Assembly (NCBI GenBank): GCA_942492995.1
Contig: OW818653.1
Location: 510,001 to 542,000 of the forward strand
Origin: an uncultured Erysipelotrichaceae bacterium
Lineage (GTDB): Bacteria > Bacillota_I > Bacilli_A > Erysipelotrichales > Erysipelotrichaceae
Reading direction: 5' to 3'
DNA length: 32,000 nucleotides
The number at the start of each line of letters is the position of its first letter. The stretch's first letter is position 1. A model generated the notes under the pieces. That model did no database searches. It saw only the letters and a list, made by a program, of their open reading frames with translations, and had not been told where the DNA came from. The translations under genes and the position numbers were made by a program. Shown in pieces: positions 24,248 to 32,000 of this stretch.

Positions 24248-25611
24248 TTCAAAAGTGTTTAATTGCGAATCGTGGTGAAATCGCTGTAAGAATTATTCGT
24301 GCGTGTAAAGACATGGGTATTAAGACAGTTGCGATTTATTCTACGGCTGATAAAAATGCATTACATGTTCAACTTGCGGATGAATCCGTTTGTGTAGGTG
24401 AACCAAATAGTAAAGATAGTTATTTAAACATTAATAATATTCTTTCTGCAGCACTTGCACTTAATGTGGATGCTATTCATCCTGGGTTTGGATTTCTTGC
24501 AGAAAATGCATCATTTGCGCGATTAGTTACAGCATGTGGGCTTATATTTGTAGGACCAAATGCGAATGTTATTGATCTTATGGGAAATAAGATTAACGCA
24601 AGAAATACGATGTTTAATGCAGGCGTTCCGATTATTCCAGGTTCACTTGAACCGATTCCGAATATTGATGAAGGATTGAAACAAGCACAAGCGATTGGAT
24701 ATCCTATTATCTTAAAAGCTGCGGCAGGTGGCGGTGGTAAGGGAATACGTATGATTGAAGATGATGAGTCTTTCTTACGTGCGTATAATGTATTACGTCA
24801 AGAAGCGAAGAATTATTTTAATGATGATTCGCTGTATATGGAAAAATTATTCGTTAACGCTAAACATATTGAAGTTCAGATTGTGGCGGATCAATTTGGT
24901 AATGTGATTCATCTCTATGAAAGAGATTGTTCATTTCAAAGAAGACATCAAAAGATGATTGAAGAAGCACCGTGTCATGGTTTAAGTCATGAAATACGTA
25001 ATTCGATCTGTCAAGCTGCTGTTACAGCTGCGAAAGCAGTTAAATATGACAGTGTTGGGACAATTGAGTTTTTAATGGATGAAGAGTCAAAATTCTATTT
25101 CATGGAAATGAATACAAGAATACAGGTAGAACATCCTGTGACTGAAATGATTACAGGGATTGATATAGTTAAGCATATGATTCGATCTTCAGATAAACAG
25201 AAATTATCGATTAAACAAAAAGATGTAAAAATAACTGGTCATGCGATTGAATGTCGTATTATCGCAGAAGATTATCGAAATGACTTTAAACCTTCTGTTG
25301 GTAAAATTACTTTTTATCATGCACCAGGCGGTAAAGATGTACGGATCGATAGTGCTCTATATAGCGGATATGAGATTCCACCGTTCTATGATTCGATGAT
25401 GGCAAAGCTTATTACAACCGGTAGTACGCGACTAAATGCGATCAAACGAATGCGTTCAGCTTTAGAAGAATTTATCGTAGAAGGGGTTGAGAATAACTTA
25501 GAGTTTTGTTACTTAACGATGTTTAATTCAAACTTTGTGACAGGACGCTATACAACTCAATTTGCCAATGATTGGATAAAGGAGCTAAACGAACGTGAAC
25601 CAGCACTTTGA
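24244..25611 (+). CDS. accC: Biotin carboxylase subunit of acetyl-CoA carboxylase
   Basis: ATGA overlap with accB. IANRGEIAVRIIRAC, GGGGKGIR and EMNTRIQVEHPVTE are ATP-grasp motifs. Confidence 0.95.
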   Translation: MIQKCLIANRGEIAVRIIRACKDMGIKTVAIYSTADKNALHVQLADESVCVGEPNSKDSYLNINNILSAALALNVDAIHPGFGFLAENASFARLVTACGLIFVGPNANVIDLMGNKINARNTMFNAGVPIIPGSLEPIPNIDEGLKQAQAIGYPIILKAAAGGGGKGIRMIEDDESFLRAYNVLRQEAKNYFNDDSLYMEKLFVNAKHIEVQIVADQFGNVIHLYERDCSFQRRHQKMIEEAPCHGLSHEIRNSICQAAVTAAKAVKYDSVGTIEFLMDEESKFYFMEMNTRIQVEHPVTEMITGIDIVKHMIRSSDKQKLSIKQKDVKITGHAIECRIIAEDYRNDFKPSVGKITFYHAPGGKDVRIDSALYSGYEIPPFYDSMMAKLITTGSTRLNAIKRMRSALEEFIVEGVENNLEFCYLTMFNSNFVTGRYTTQFANDWIKELNEREPAL

Positions 25612-26464
25612 TAAACGAAGAGAACGTTTGAATTTATTTCAAGCCATATTCTCGAAACCAAAAACAATAAAAATTAGTGAAAAAGAATTGGATTTTGTTG
25701 TTTGTCCAAAATGTAATAAAGCAATTGAAACAAATGAGATAAAGAAACACTTATCTGTATGTCCGCAATGTGACTATCATTTTCCATTGTCTGCGTATCA
25801 ACGTGTAGAGACAGTATTTGATCCATCTAGTTTTTATGAAGTTTATGCCAATGCGACAAGTACAGGATTAAATAGTTTTCCTGATTATTTAAATAAACTT
25901 ACGCGTTATCAAAAAGATACGAATCTTAATGAAGCAGTAGTCGTTGGGACCGCAAAAGTAAATGATATTAAAGTAGCGATAGCGATTATGGATTCACGTT
26001 TCATGATGGGAAGTATGGGACAAATCGTAGGCGAGAAAATTACACGCATTATTGAACTTGCGACACGTAGAAAATATCCATTAATAATATTCACCGCTTC
26101 AGGTGGTGCACGTATGCAAGAAGGAATAATTTCTTTGATGCAGATGGCTAAGACGAGTGCAGCACTAGAGCGTTTTAATCAAGCTGGTGGTTTCTACTTA
26201 ACAGTTTTAACACATCCTACTACGGGTGGTGTTAGCGCTAGTTTCGCTATGTTAGGGGATATTATCCTAGCTGAACCGCAAGCATTGATTGGATTCGCGG
26301 GAAGACGTGTTATCGAAAAAACGGTTAAGGAACAATTACCAGATGATTTTCAAACATCCGAATTCTTACATAAAAAAGGGTTTATCGATCAAATCGTTCA
26401 TCGCAGAGATTTGCGAGTTAAAATAGCTCAATGTTTAATGTTTCACCAGGAGATTAAAGTATGA
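25595..26464 (+). CDS. accD: Acetyl-CoA carboxylase carboxyltransferase beta subunit
   Basis: GTG start 25595 with AAGGAG (25579-84), overlapping the accC end. Zn ribbon CPKC...CPQC, and SGGARMQEG. Confidence 0.92.
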   Translation: MNQHFDKRRERLNLFQAIFSKPKTIKISEKELDFVVCPKCNKAIETNEIKKHLSVCPQCDYHFPLSAYQRVETVFDPSSFYEVYANATSTGLNSFPDYLNKLTRYQKDTNLNEAVVVGTAKVNDIKVAIAIMDSRFMMGSMGQIVGEKITRIIELATRRKYPLIIFTASGGARMQEGIISLMQMAKTSAALERFNQAGGFYLTVLTHPTTGGVSASFAMLGDIILAEPQALIGFAGRRVIEKTVKEQLPDDFQTSEFLHKKGFIDQIVHRRDLRVKIAQCLMFHQEIKV

Positions 26465-27261
26465 ATAAAATAAGCGCATGGGATCGTGTTACAACAGCTC
26501 GTAAACAAAATAGACCTAAATCTTTGGATATCATTCCATTGCTTTTCGATCACTTTTTTGAGTGTTCCGGTGATCGCCATTTCGGTGATGATCGTGCACT
26601 TGTGGGTGGTATCGCTATGTTTGAAGGTCAAGCTGTAACGGTTTTAGCGCAATCTAAAGGTCGTACGTTAGAAGAAAATATGAATTGTAACTTTGGGATG
26701 TTACATCCAGAAGGATATCGTAAAGCTTTACGTTTAGCTCAACAAGCTGAGAAATTCAAACGACCAATCATAACAATTGTAGATACAGCGGGTGCATATC
26801 CTGGTCAAATGGCTGAGGAACGTGGACAAGCTGAAGCGATTGCGAAAAGTCTACAGTTCTTTTCACAAATTAAAACACCTGTAATTACCATCGTTCTATC
26901 TGAAGGTGGTAGTGGTGGTGCACTTGCTTTAAGTGTTGCGGATCGTATCTATATGTTTGAAAATGCGATCTATTCAATACTCTCACCAGAGGGATTTGCG
27001 AGTATTTTATGGAAAGATGAATCACGTGTTAAAGAAGCAGCTGAGTTGATGGAATGTACAGCAGATGATTTGTTTGATAAACAAATTGTAGATTGGATTG
27101 TTCCAGAAGCTGAAGAAGGGTTTGAGCATAATATAAGTTATAGTATTTCGTTTATTAAAGATAAAATACGTACTGATTTATTGAAATTAAACAAATTAAA
27201 ATTAAATCATTTACTCGATCAGAGATATGAGAAGTTTAGAAAGATTGGTTCTAAACTATGA
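26461..27261 (+). CDS. accA: Acetyl-CoA carboxylase carboxyltransferase alpha subunit (short, 266 aa)
   Basis: ATGA overlap with accD, RBS GGAG. DTAGAYPG, AEERGQAEAIA and GGSGGALAL motifs. Confidence 0.92.
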   Translation: MNKISAWDRVTTARKQNRPKSLDIIPLLFDHFFECSGDRHFGDDRALVGGIAMFEGQAVTVLAQSKGRTLEENMNCNFGMLHPEGYRKALRLAQQAEKFKRPIITIVDTAGAYPGQMAEERGQAEAIAKSLQFFSQIKTPVITIVLSEGGSGGALALSVADRIYMFENAIYSILSPEGFASILWKDESRVKEAAELMECTADDLFDKQIVDWIVPEAEEGFEHNISYSISFIKDKIRTDLLKLNKLKLNHLLDQRYEKFRKIGSKL

Positions 27262-28235
27262 GTGTAACGGTTGAAATAAAAGGTTATGGCTATTGTAAAG
27301 CAGATAAATGTGTAACAAATACAGATTTAATGAAAATTGTAGATACATCAGATGAATGGATTAAAGAAAGAACAGGCATCGAACAACGTTATTTTAGTAC
27401 GATGGATAATACATCAGATTTAGGTGTAAAAGCAGCGAATATGGCAATCTTAGATGCTTCAATTAATCCAAAAGAGATTGATTTAATTATTGTAGCTACG
27501 ATTACTCCAGATGCGATGATGCCATCGACTGCTAATCTTATACAGGCAAAACTTGGATTGAATAATCAAAAATGTTTAGCCTTTGATGTTAATGCGGCTT
27601 GTAGTGGATTTCTAATCGCATTACAGAATGCGCAGGCAATGATTCAAAGTGGATTTGCGAAAAATGCACTTGTGATTGGATCTGAAACATTGAGTAAGAT
27701 TCTCGATTTTAATGATCGTACAACGTGTATTTTATTTGGTGATGGAGCTGGTGCTGTGGTGTTAGGTCAATCAACTAAACAATCAGTTATGAGCCATTAT
27801 AGTCGTAGTGTTGGTGATTTAGATGAAGTACTAACAACAGATGGATTGAAACTAAATACAGACTATATACGTGATGTTAAACAATCAATATTCCTACATA
27901 TGAAAGGTCAAGCTGTCTTTAGATTCGCGGTTAAAGCGATGGAAGATGCGATTCATGAACTTTGTAAACAAGAAAATCTTGAACTTAATGAAATTGATTG
28001 GATTGTTCCACATCAAGCAAATAGTCGAATCATACATCATGTTGCGTCAAAACTTAATATAAATGTTGAAAAATTCTATCTTAATTTAAATGAATATGGA
28101 AATACATCATCCGCTAGTATTCCTATCGCATTAGCGAATATGAAAGAAAAGGGATTCCTTAAAAAGGACCAAAAGATTATCTTAGTTGGATTTGGGGCAG
28201 GATTAACCTGGGCTAGCAGCTACTTTATCAGCTGA
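27258..28235 (+). CDS. fabH: 3-oxoacyl-ACP synthase III
   Basis: Catalytic Cys in NAACSGF, His in VPHQAN, Asn in YGNTSSAS, and C-terminal GFGAGLTW. Confidence 0.93.
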   Translation: MSVTVEIKGYGYCKADKCVTNTDLMKIVDTSDEWIKERTGIEQRYFSTMDNTSDLGVKAANMAILDASINPKEIDLIIVATITPDAMMPSTANLIQAKLGLNNQKCLAFDVNAACSGFLIALQNAQAMIQSGFAKNALVIGSETLSKILDFNDRTTCILFGDGAGAVVLGQSTKQSVMSHYSRSVGDLDEVLTTDGLKLNTDYIRDVKQSIFLHMKGQAVFRFAVKAMEDAIHELCKQENLELNEIDWIVPHQANSRIIHHVASKLNINVEKFYLNLNEYGNTSSASIPIALANMKEKGFLKKDQKIILVGFGAGLTWASSYFIS

Positions 28236-28246
28236 AGGAGAAAATT

Positions 28247-29191
28247 ATGTTAAATCAAATATTACAAATTAAATATCCGATTATTCAAGGTGCTATGGCG
28301 AATATTGCGACCGCAAAATTCGCAGCTGCTGTTTCTAATAGTGGCGCATTAGGTGTAATTGGGACTGGCGCAATGAATGCGGATCAAGCACGTGCTGCGA
28401 TTTTAGAATGTCGTTCATTAACAGATAAACCGTTCGCAGTAAATGTTATGTTAATGAATCCAAATAGTGATGCGATTATGGAAGTTATATGCGAACTTAA
28501 ACCGCGTGTTGTGACGACTGGTGCAGGTAATCCAGGAAAATATATTGAAAAATTAAAACAAAATGGGATATTTGTTGCGCCAATTGTACCAACAGTTGCT
28601 TTAGCGATTCGTATGGAACAAGCAGGGGCTGATTTCATTATTGTTGAAGGTACAGAAGCTGGAGGACATGTTGGAGAATTAACGACAATGGTACTTGTAC
28701 CTCAAGTAGTTGATGCGGTTAAACTTCCAGTCATTGCGGCAGGTGGTATTGCGGATGGTAGAGGGTATGTTGCCGCATTAGCGTTAGGCGCAATTGGTGT
28801 TCAAGTCGGAACATGTCTATTGGTTGCGGATGAATGTCCAATCCATGATAACTATAAGACTGCAGTTATCAATGCACGTGATACTGATACAGTTGTGACT
28901 GGTAGAAGTGTTTCTGCTCCTGTTCGCATCAAAAAGAATCGTATGAGTCAGAATTATTTAAAACTTGAAAAAGAAGGAGCAGATCGTGAGGAGTTAGAAA
29001 AATTAACCCTTGGATCACTACGTAAAGCTGTATTTGATGGAGATATCGAAAATGGTTCACTAATGATGGGTCAAATCGCTGGAATGATCAAAGAGACGAA
29101 ACCACTAAGTGAAATATTTGAAAATATGGTTCAAGACGCACAAAAACATAATCTAAAACTTCAGTCAAAACTTGGAGTAAATAATGGGTAA
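28247..29191 (+). CDS. fabK: Enoyl-ACP reductase II (FMN-dependent, NMO/TIM-barrel family)
   Basis: Colinear with S. pneumoniae FabK as I recall it: YPIIQGAMA, DKPFAVNVML, VVTTGAGNP, EGTEAGGHVGELTTM, VIAAGGIADGRG, QVGT, MMGQIAG. Confidence 0.9.
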   Translation: MLNQILQIKYPIIQGAMANIATAKFAAAVSNSGALGVIGTGAMNADQARAAILECRSLTDKPFAVNVMLMNPNSDAIMEVICELKPRVVTTGAGNPGKYIEKLKQNGIFVAPIVPTVALAIRMEQAGADFIIVEGTEAGGHVGELTTMVLVPQVVDAVKLPVIAAGGIADGRGYVAALALGAIGVQVGTCLLVADECPIHDNYKTAVINARDTDTVVTGRSVSAPVRIKKNRMSQNYLKLEKEGADREELEKLTLGSLRKAVFDGDIENGSLMMGQIAGMIKETKPLSEIFENMVQDAQKHNLKLQSKLGVNNG

Positions 29192-30245
29192 AATACAAAT
29201 TCGTAATAAAACACTAAACTTACCATTAATTCAAGGTGGTATGGGAATTGGTGTTTCATTAGGAAATTTAGCAGGACATGTGATGAAAGAAGGTGGCTTA
29301 GGTGTCATCTCTGCAGCACAACCTGGATATCGTGAACCAGATTTTAAACAAAATACGATAGAGGCTAATTTAAGAGCACTACGTCAAGAAATCTCAAAAG
29401 CTCGCGAAATTTCGAAGGGTAATGGATTGTTGGGTGTAAATATTATGGTTGCGGCTGAACACTATGATATTTATACGAAGGCAATCTCTGAAATGGATAT
29501 TGATGTCATTATTAGTGGTGCAGGTTTACCGTTAGAATTGCCAACATTATCCGTAAATTCAGATATCGCATTAGCACCGATTGTTTCAAGTGCTAAAGCG
29601 ATGGTATTGCTTGTTAAACGATGGATTAGTCGAGCGAATCGTTTACCTGATCTTGTCATCATTGAAGGTCCTTTAGCAGGTGGTCATTTAGGTTTTTCTT
29701 GGGATCAATTGAACAATAATACATTTCCAACATTAGAAAGTATCTTAAGTGATGTCTTACAAGCATTAAAAGATAATAACTGGGAATTTCCAATCTTTGT
29801 TGCAGGTGGAATCTATACACGTGAAGATATAGAAAAATTTATAGAACTTGGCGCAACAGGTGTTCAAATGGCTACGCGGTTTATCACGACATACGAGTGC
29901 GATGCGGATTTGAAATATAAAGAATATTTCATTCAAGCTAAGGAATCTGATATTCGTTATGTGATTAGTCCATCAGGATATCCTGGTCGTGCAATTGATA
30001 ATGAATTAGTTACTAAATTAATGAATGCAGAAAAAGTTAAAGTAAGACATTGTTATAACTGTTTAAAACCATGTAATCCAGCCACAACACCTTATTGTAT
30101 TACTGAAGCGCTTATTCAAGCAGTTAAAGGTAATATAAGTGAAGGGTTAGTGTTTACAGGTACAAATGGATATCGAAATAAGTCGATTATACATGTATCA
30201 GAATTAATCGACGAATTATTCCCAAATAAGGAGATATATCGATGA
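29184..30245 (+). CDS. Second nitronate-monooxygenase/FabK-like flavoprotein paralog (353 aa) with C-terminal four-Cys cluster
   Basis: LPLIQGGMGIGVS, IIEGPLAGGHLG, VAGGIYT and GVQMATRF indicate the NMO/FabK TIM-barrel fold. It is clearly diverged from the upstream FabK. There is a unique CYNCLKPCNPATTPYC (C-x2-C-x3-C-x7-C) insert. The start overlaps the fabK stop, and the stop overlaps the fabD start. Confidence 0.8.
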   Translation: MGKIQIRNKTLNLPLIQGGMGIGVSLGNLAGHVMKEGGLGVISAAQPGYREPDFKQNTIEANLRALRQEISKAREISKGNGLLGVNIMVAAEHYDIYTKAISEMDIDVIISGAGLPLELPTLSVNSDIALAPIVSSAKAMVLLVKRWISRANRLPDLVIIEGPLAGGHLGFSWDQLNNNTFPTLESILSDVLQALKDNNWEFPIFVAGGIYTREDIEKFIELGATGVQMATRFITTYECDADLKYKEYFIQAKESDIRYVISPSGYPGRAIDNELVTKLMNAEKVKVRHCYNCLKPCNPATTPYCITEALIQAVKGNISEGLVFTGTNGYRNKSIIHVSELIDELFPNKEIYR

Positions 30246-31162
30246 AAATAGGATTTCTATTTGTTGGTCAAGGATCACAAACAGTAGGGATGGGACTTGA
30301 TGTTTATACAAATTATCAAAGTTCGAAAGATTTATTTGATTCAGTAAAATTAGATTTTGATGTAAAAGATGTTTGTTTTAATGGACCAAAAGAAGTACTG
30401 GATCAAACATACTATACACAACCAAGTTTACTCATCACTTCACTTGCGATAGCGAATGCTTTAAATGAAGAAGGTATTCGTGCAGATGTTGTGGCTGGTT
30501 TGAGCTTAGGTGAATACAGTGCACTTTGTTATGCGAATGGCTTGGATGTAAATCAAGCGATTAAGTTAGTTTCTAAACGTGCTGAAATTATGAGCAATGC
30601 ATTACCATTAAACGTAAGTGGAATGGTAGCCGTACTAAGCGATAGAATTGATTTAATAAAAGAAGTTGTAAATCAAGTTCGAAGCGAAGGGGTTGGTTTA
30701 GTTGAAATTGCAAATTATAATAGTCCTTCACAAACGGTTATTAGTGGTGAAAATAAAGCATTAGAAATATCAGTTAATCGTTTAAAAGAGTTGAAAATTC
30801 GTTGTATTCCGTTAGCTGTTAGTGGTGCGTTTCATACCTCATTATTAAATGAGGCAAGTATGCAATTATCGAAAGAACTCGAAAATTATACATTTATTCA
30901 ACTAAGTTGTTCGATGTTATTTAATATTAGTGGAATAGAAGAATTAGATGTAAAACAAGCACTCACAAACCAGATTTGTTCATCAGTACAATGGGTTAAA
31001 ACGATTGAGAGAATGAATGAATTAGGCGTTGATTGTTTTATCGAAATAGGACCAAAGAATAGTTTACAGAAATTAGTCAAACAAATAGTACCAGAAGCGC
31101 GAGTATTCTCGGTTGATTCGAAAGAGAGTATTAAGCAACTCATAGGAGAACTCAATGGATAA
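30242..31162 (+). CDS. fabD: Malonyl-CoA:ACP transacylase
   Basis: FVGQGSQ and active-site GLSLGEYSA; AFHT motif. Confidence 0.93.
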   Translation: MKIGFLFVGQGSQTVGMGLDVYTNYQSSKDLFDSVKLDFDVKDVCFNGPKEVLDQTYYTQPSLLITSLAIANALNEEGIRADVVAGLSLGEYSALCYANGLDVNQAIKLVSKRAEIMSNALPLNVSGMVAVLSDRIDLIKEVVNQVRSEGVGLVEIANYNSPSQTVISGENKALEISVNRLKELKIRCIPLAVSGAFHTSLLNEASMQLSKELENYTFIQLSCSMLFNISGIEELDVKQALTNQICSSVQWVKTIERMNELGVDCFIEIGPKNSLQKLVKQIVPEARVFSVDSKESIKQLIGELNG

Positions 31163-31892
31163 ATTAGTATGTCTAGTGACAGGCGCATCAAGTGGAATTG
31201 GTCGTCAAATAGCACTTGATTTTGCGAAAGAGGGATATGATTTAGTCTTGAACTATAGCTCAAATGCGGTAAGTGCAATGGAAGTAGCGAAAGAATGTGA
31301 ATCGTTTGGAAGTAAAACACTTGTCCTTGGATTTGATGTATCAAAAGGGGATGAAGTAGAAAAGAATATTCAAACAGTAATTAGTACATTCGGAAAGATT
31401 GATGTATTAATTAATAATTCTGGAATTACACGAGATGGTTTAGTTCTTCGTATGAAGGAAAGTGATTTTGAGGATGTGATTGATATTAATCTTAAAGGTG
31501 CATTTAATTGTTCAAAAGCTGTTTTGAAGTATATGTTTAAAGCGCGTTCTGGGAAAATTATCAATATGACAAGTGTTATTGGTTTAATCGGTAATGCAGG
31601 ACAAGCGAATTATGCGGCATCTAAAGCTGGACTTATTGGTTTGACGAAGTCTTTGGCAAAAGAGTGTGCAACACGAAATATTAATGTTAATGCGATTGCG
31701 CCAGGGTTTATTCAAACACGTATGACGGATCAATTAAGCGATGATTTAAAACAATCTATCCTTAAACAGATACCAAATGGTCGATTTGGATCTTGTGAAG
31801 ATATCTCTAACTGTGCTCTATTTCTTGCGAGTAATAAAGCAAACTATATAAATGGACAAGTCATTCAAGTGGATGGCGGAATGGTGATGTAA
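31155..31892 (+). CDS. fabG: 3-oxoacyl-ACP reductase (SDR)
   Basis: TGASSGIG cofactor motif, NNSGIT, catalytic YAASKAG, and C-terminal GQVIQVDGGM. Confidence 0.93.
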   Translation: MDKLVCLVTGASSGIGRQIALDFAKEGYDLVLNYSSNAVSAMEVAKECESFGSKTLVLGFDVSKGDEVEKNIQTVISTFGKIDVLINNSGITRDGLVLRMKESDFEDVIDINLKGAFNCSKAVLKYMFKARSGKIINMTSVIGLIGNAGQANYAASKAGLIGLTKSLAKECATRNINVNAIAPGFIQTRMTDQLSDDLKQSILKQIPNGRFGSCEDISNCALFLASNKANYINGQVIQVDGGMVM

Positions 31893-31893
31893 T

Positions 31894-32000
31894 ATGAAAC
31901 GAAGAGTCGTAATTACGGGTATGGGTGTTGTTAGTCCGATTGGGAATGATTTAGATACATTTTGGAAGAGTATTTTAAATCAAGAATGTGGGATTGATGA
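31894..32000 (+). CDS. fabF: 3-oxoacyl-ACP synthase II, N-terminal fragment (continues beyond window)
   Basis: MKRRVVITGMGVVSPIGN is the typical KAS II N-terminus. ATG lies 1 nt after the fabG stop. Confidence 0.85.
   Translation, partial: MKRRVVITGMGVVSPIGNDLDTFWKSILNQECGID

Noticed and set aside
25909-26631. Antisense ORFs 25909-26094 and 26443-26631 within accD/accA; similar ones at 28384-28638 (fabK), 29471-29662 (NMO paralog), 31370-31564 (fabG), 6587-6802 (permease) and 17049-17231 (proB, off-frame)
   Set aside because: All are short, overlap conserved CDSs, and lack RBS or motifs. They are treated as six-frame noise.
30898-31344. 148-aa ORF on the minus strand overlapping the fabD 3' end and the fabG 5' end
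   Set aside because: It is entirely antisense to two strongly recognisable, translationally coupled FASII genes. It has no RBS, a low-complexity Leu/Ser/Ile-rich translation and no recognisable motif. This is a typical AT-rich antisense artefact.
1-32000. Scan for CRISPR arrays, tRNA/rRNA genes, IS elements, integrases, toxin-antitoxin pairs and known phage-defence genes
   Set aside because: No direct-repeat/spacer arrays and no intergenic region long enough for a stable RNA gene (the largest is 159 nt). There are no transposase, recombinase or nuclease/helicase-type ORFs. The window looks like core or accessory metabolism, not a mobile or defence island.

Overview
Densely coding, low-GC Bacillota-type chromosomal segment (possibly Erysipelotrichales-like; taxon not determinable from sequence alone). 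It has five strand blocks: + 1-15479, - 15507-18310, + 18434-21000, - 21025-23508, + 23585-32000. Contents in order: (1) the 3' part of an ascorbate/L-xylulose-type PTS catabolic operon, comprising an EIIC fragment, UlaB-like EIIB, an uncharacterised 342-aa cytosolic protein, ulaF, ulaE and a split transketolase. (2) A translationally coupled trio of a stand-alone cobalamin-binding-domain protein, a LolC/E-like FtsX permease and a LolD-like ATPase. (3) A fructose PTS operon, EIIA-fruR-fruK-fruA(IIBC), whose promoter is bracketed by 10-bp-phased TGATTG repeats. (4) A second MacB/FtsX-type ABC pair translationally coupled to a single-pass membrane protein with five PASTA-like repeats and no kinase or PBP domain. 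(5) An NmrA-like NAD(P)-binding protein. (6) On the minus strand, a C26 amidotransferase and proBA. (7) Ppx/GppA-family phosphatase, Cof-type HAD phosphatase and an aldo-keto reductase. (8) On the minus strand, an isolated [FeFe]-hydrogenase-like gene with a Rex-type box over its promoter, and birA. (9) A FASII cluster, acpP-accBCDA-fabH-fabK-(second NMO/FabK-like paralog with a Cys cluster)-fabD-fabG-fabF'. I found no rRNA, tRNA, CRISPR array, transposase/integrase or recognisable phage-defence gene. The best candidates for something undescribed are the two type VII (MacB/FtsX-fold) ABC modules, one hard-wired to a B12-binding protein and the other to a kinase-less PASTA protein. Next come the Cys-cluster FabK paralog (FabX-like?) and the unknown protein inside the ula-type operon. 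Novelty cannot be verified without database searches. All functional calls come from motif recognition and gene context, not computed alignments.
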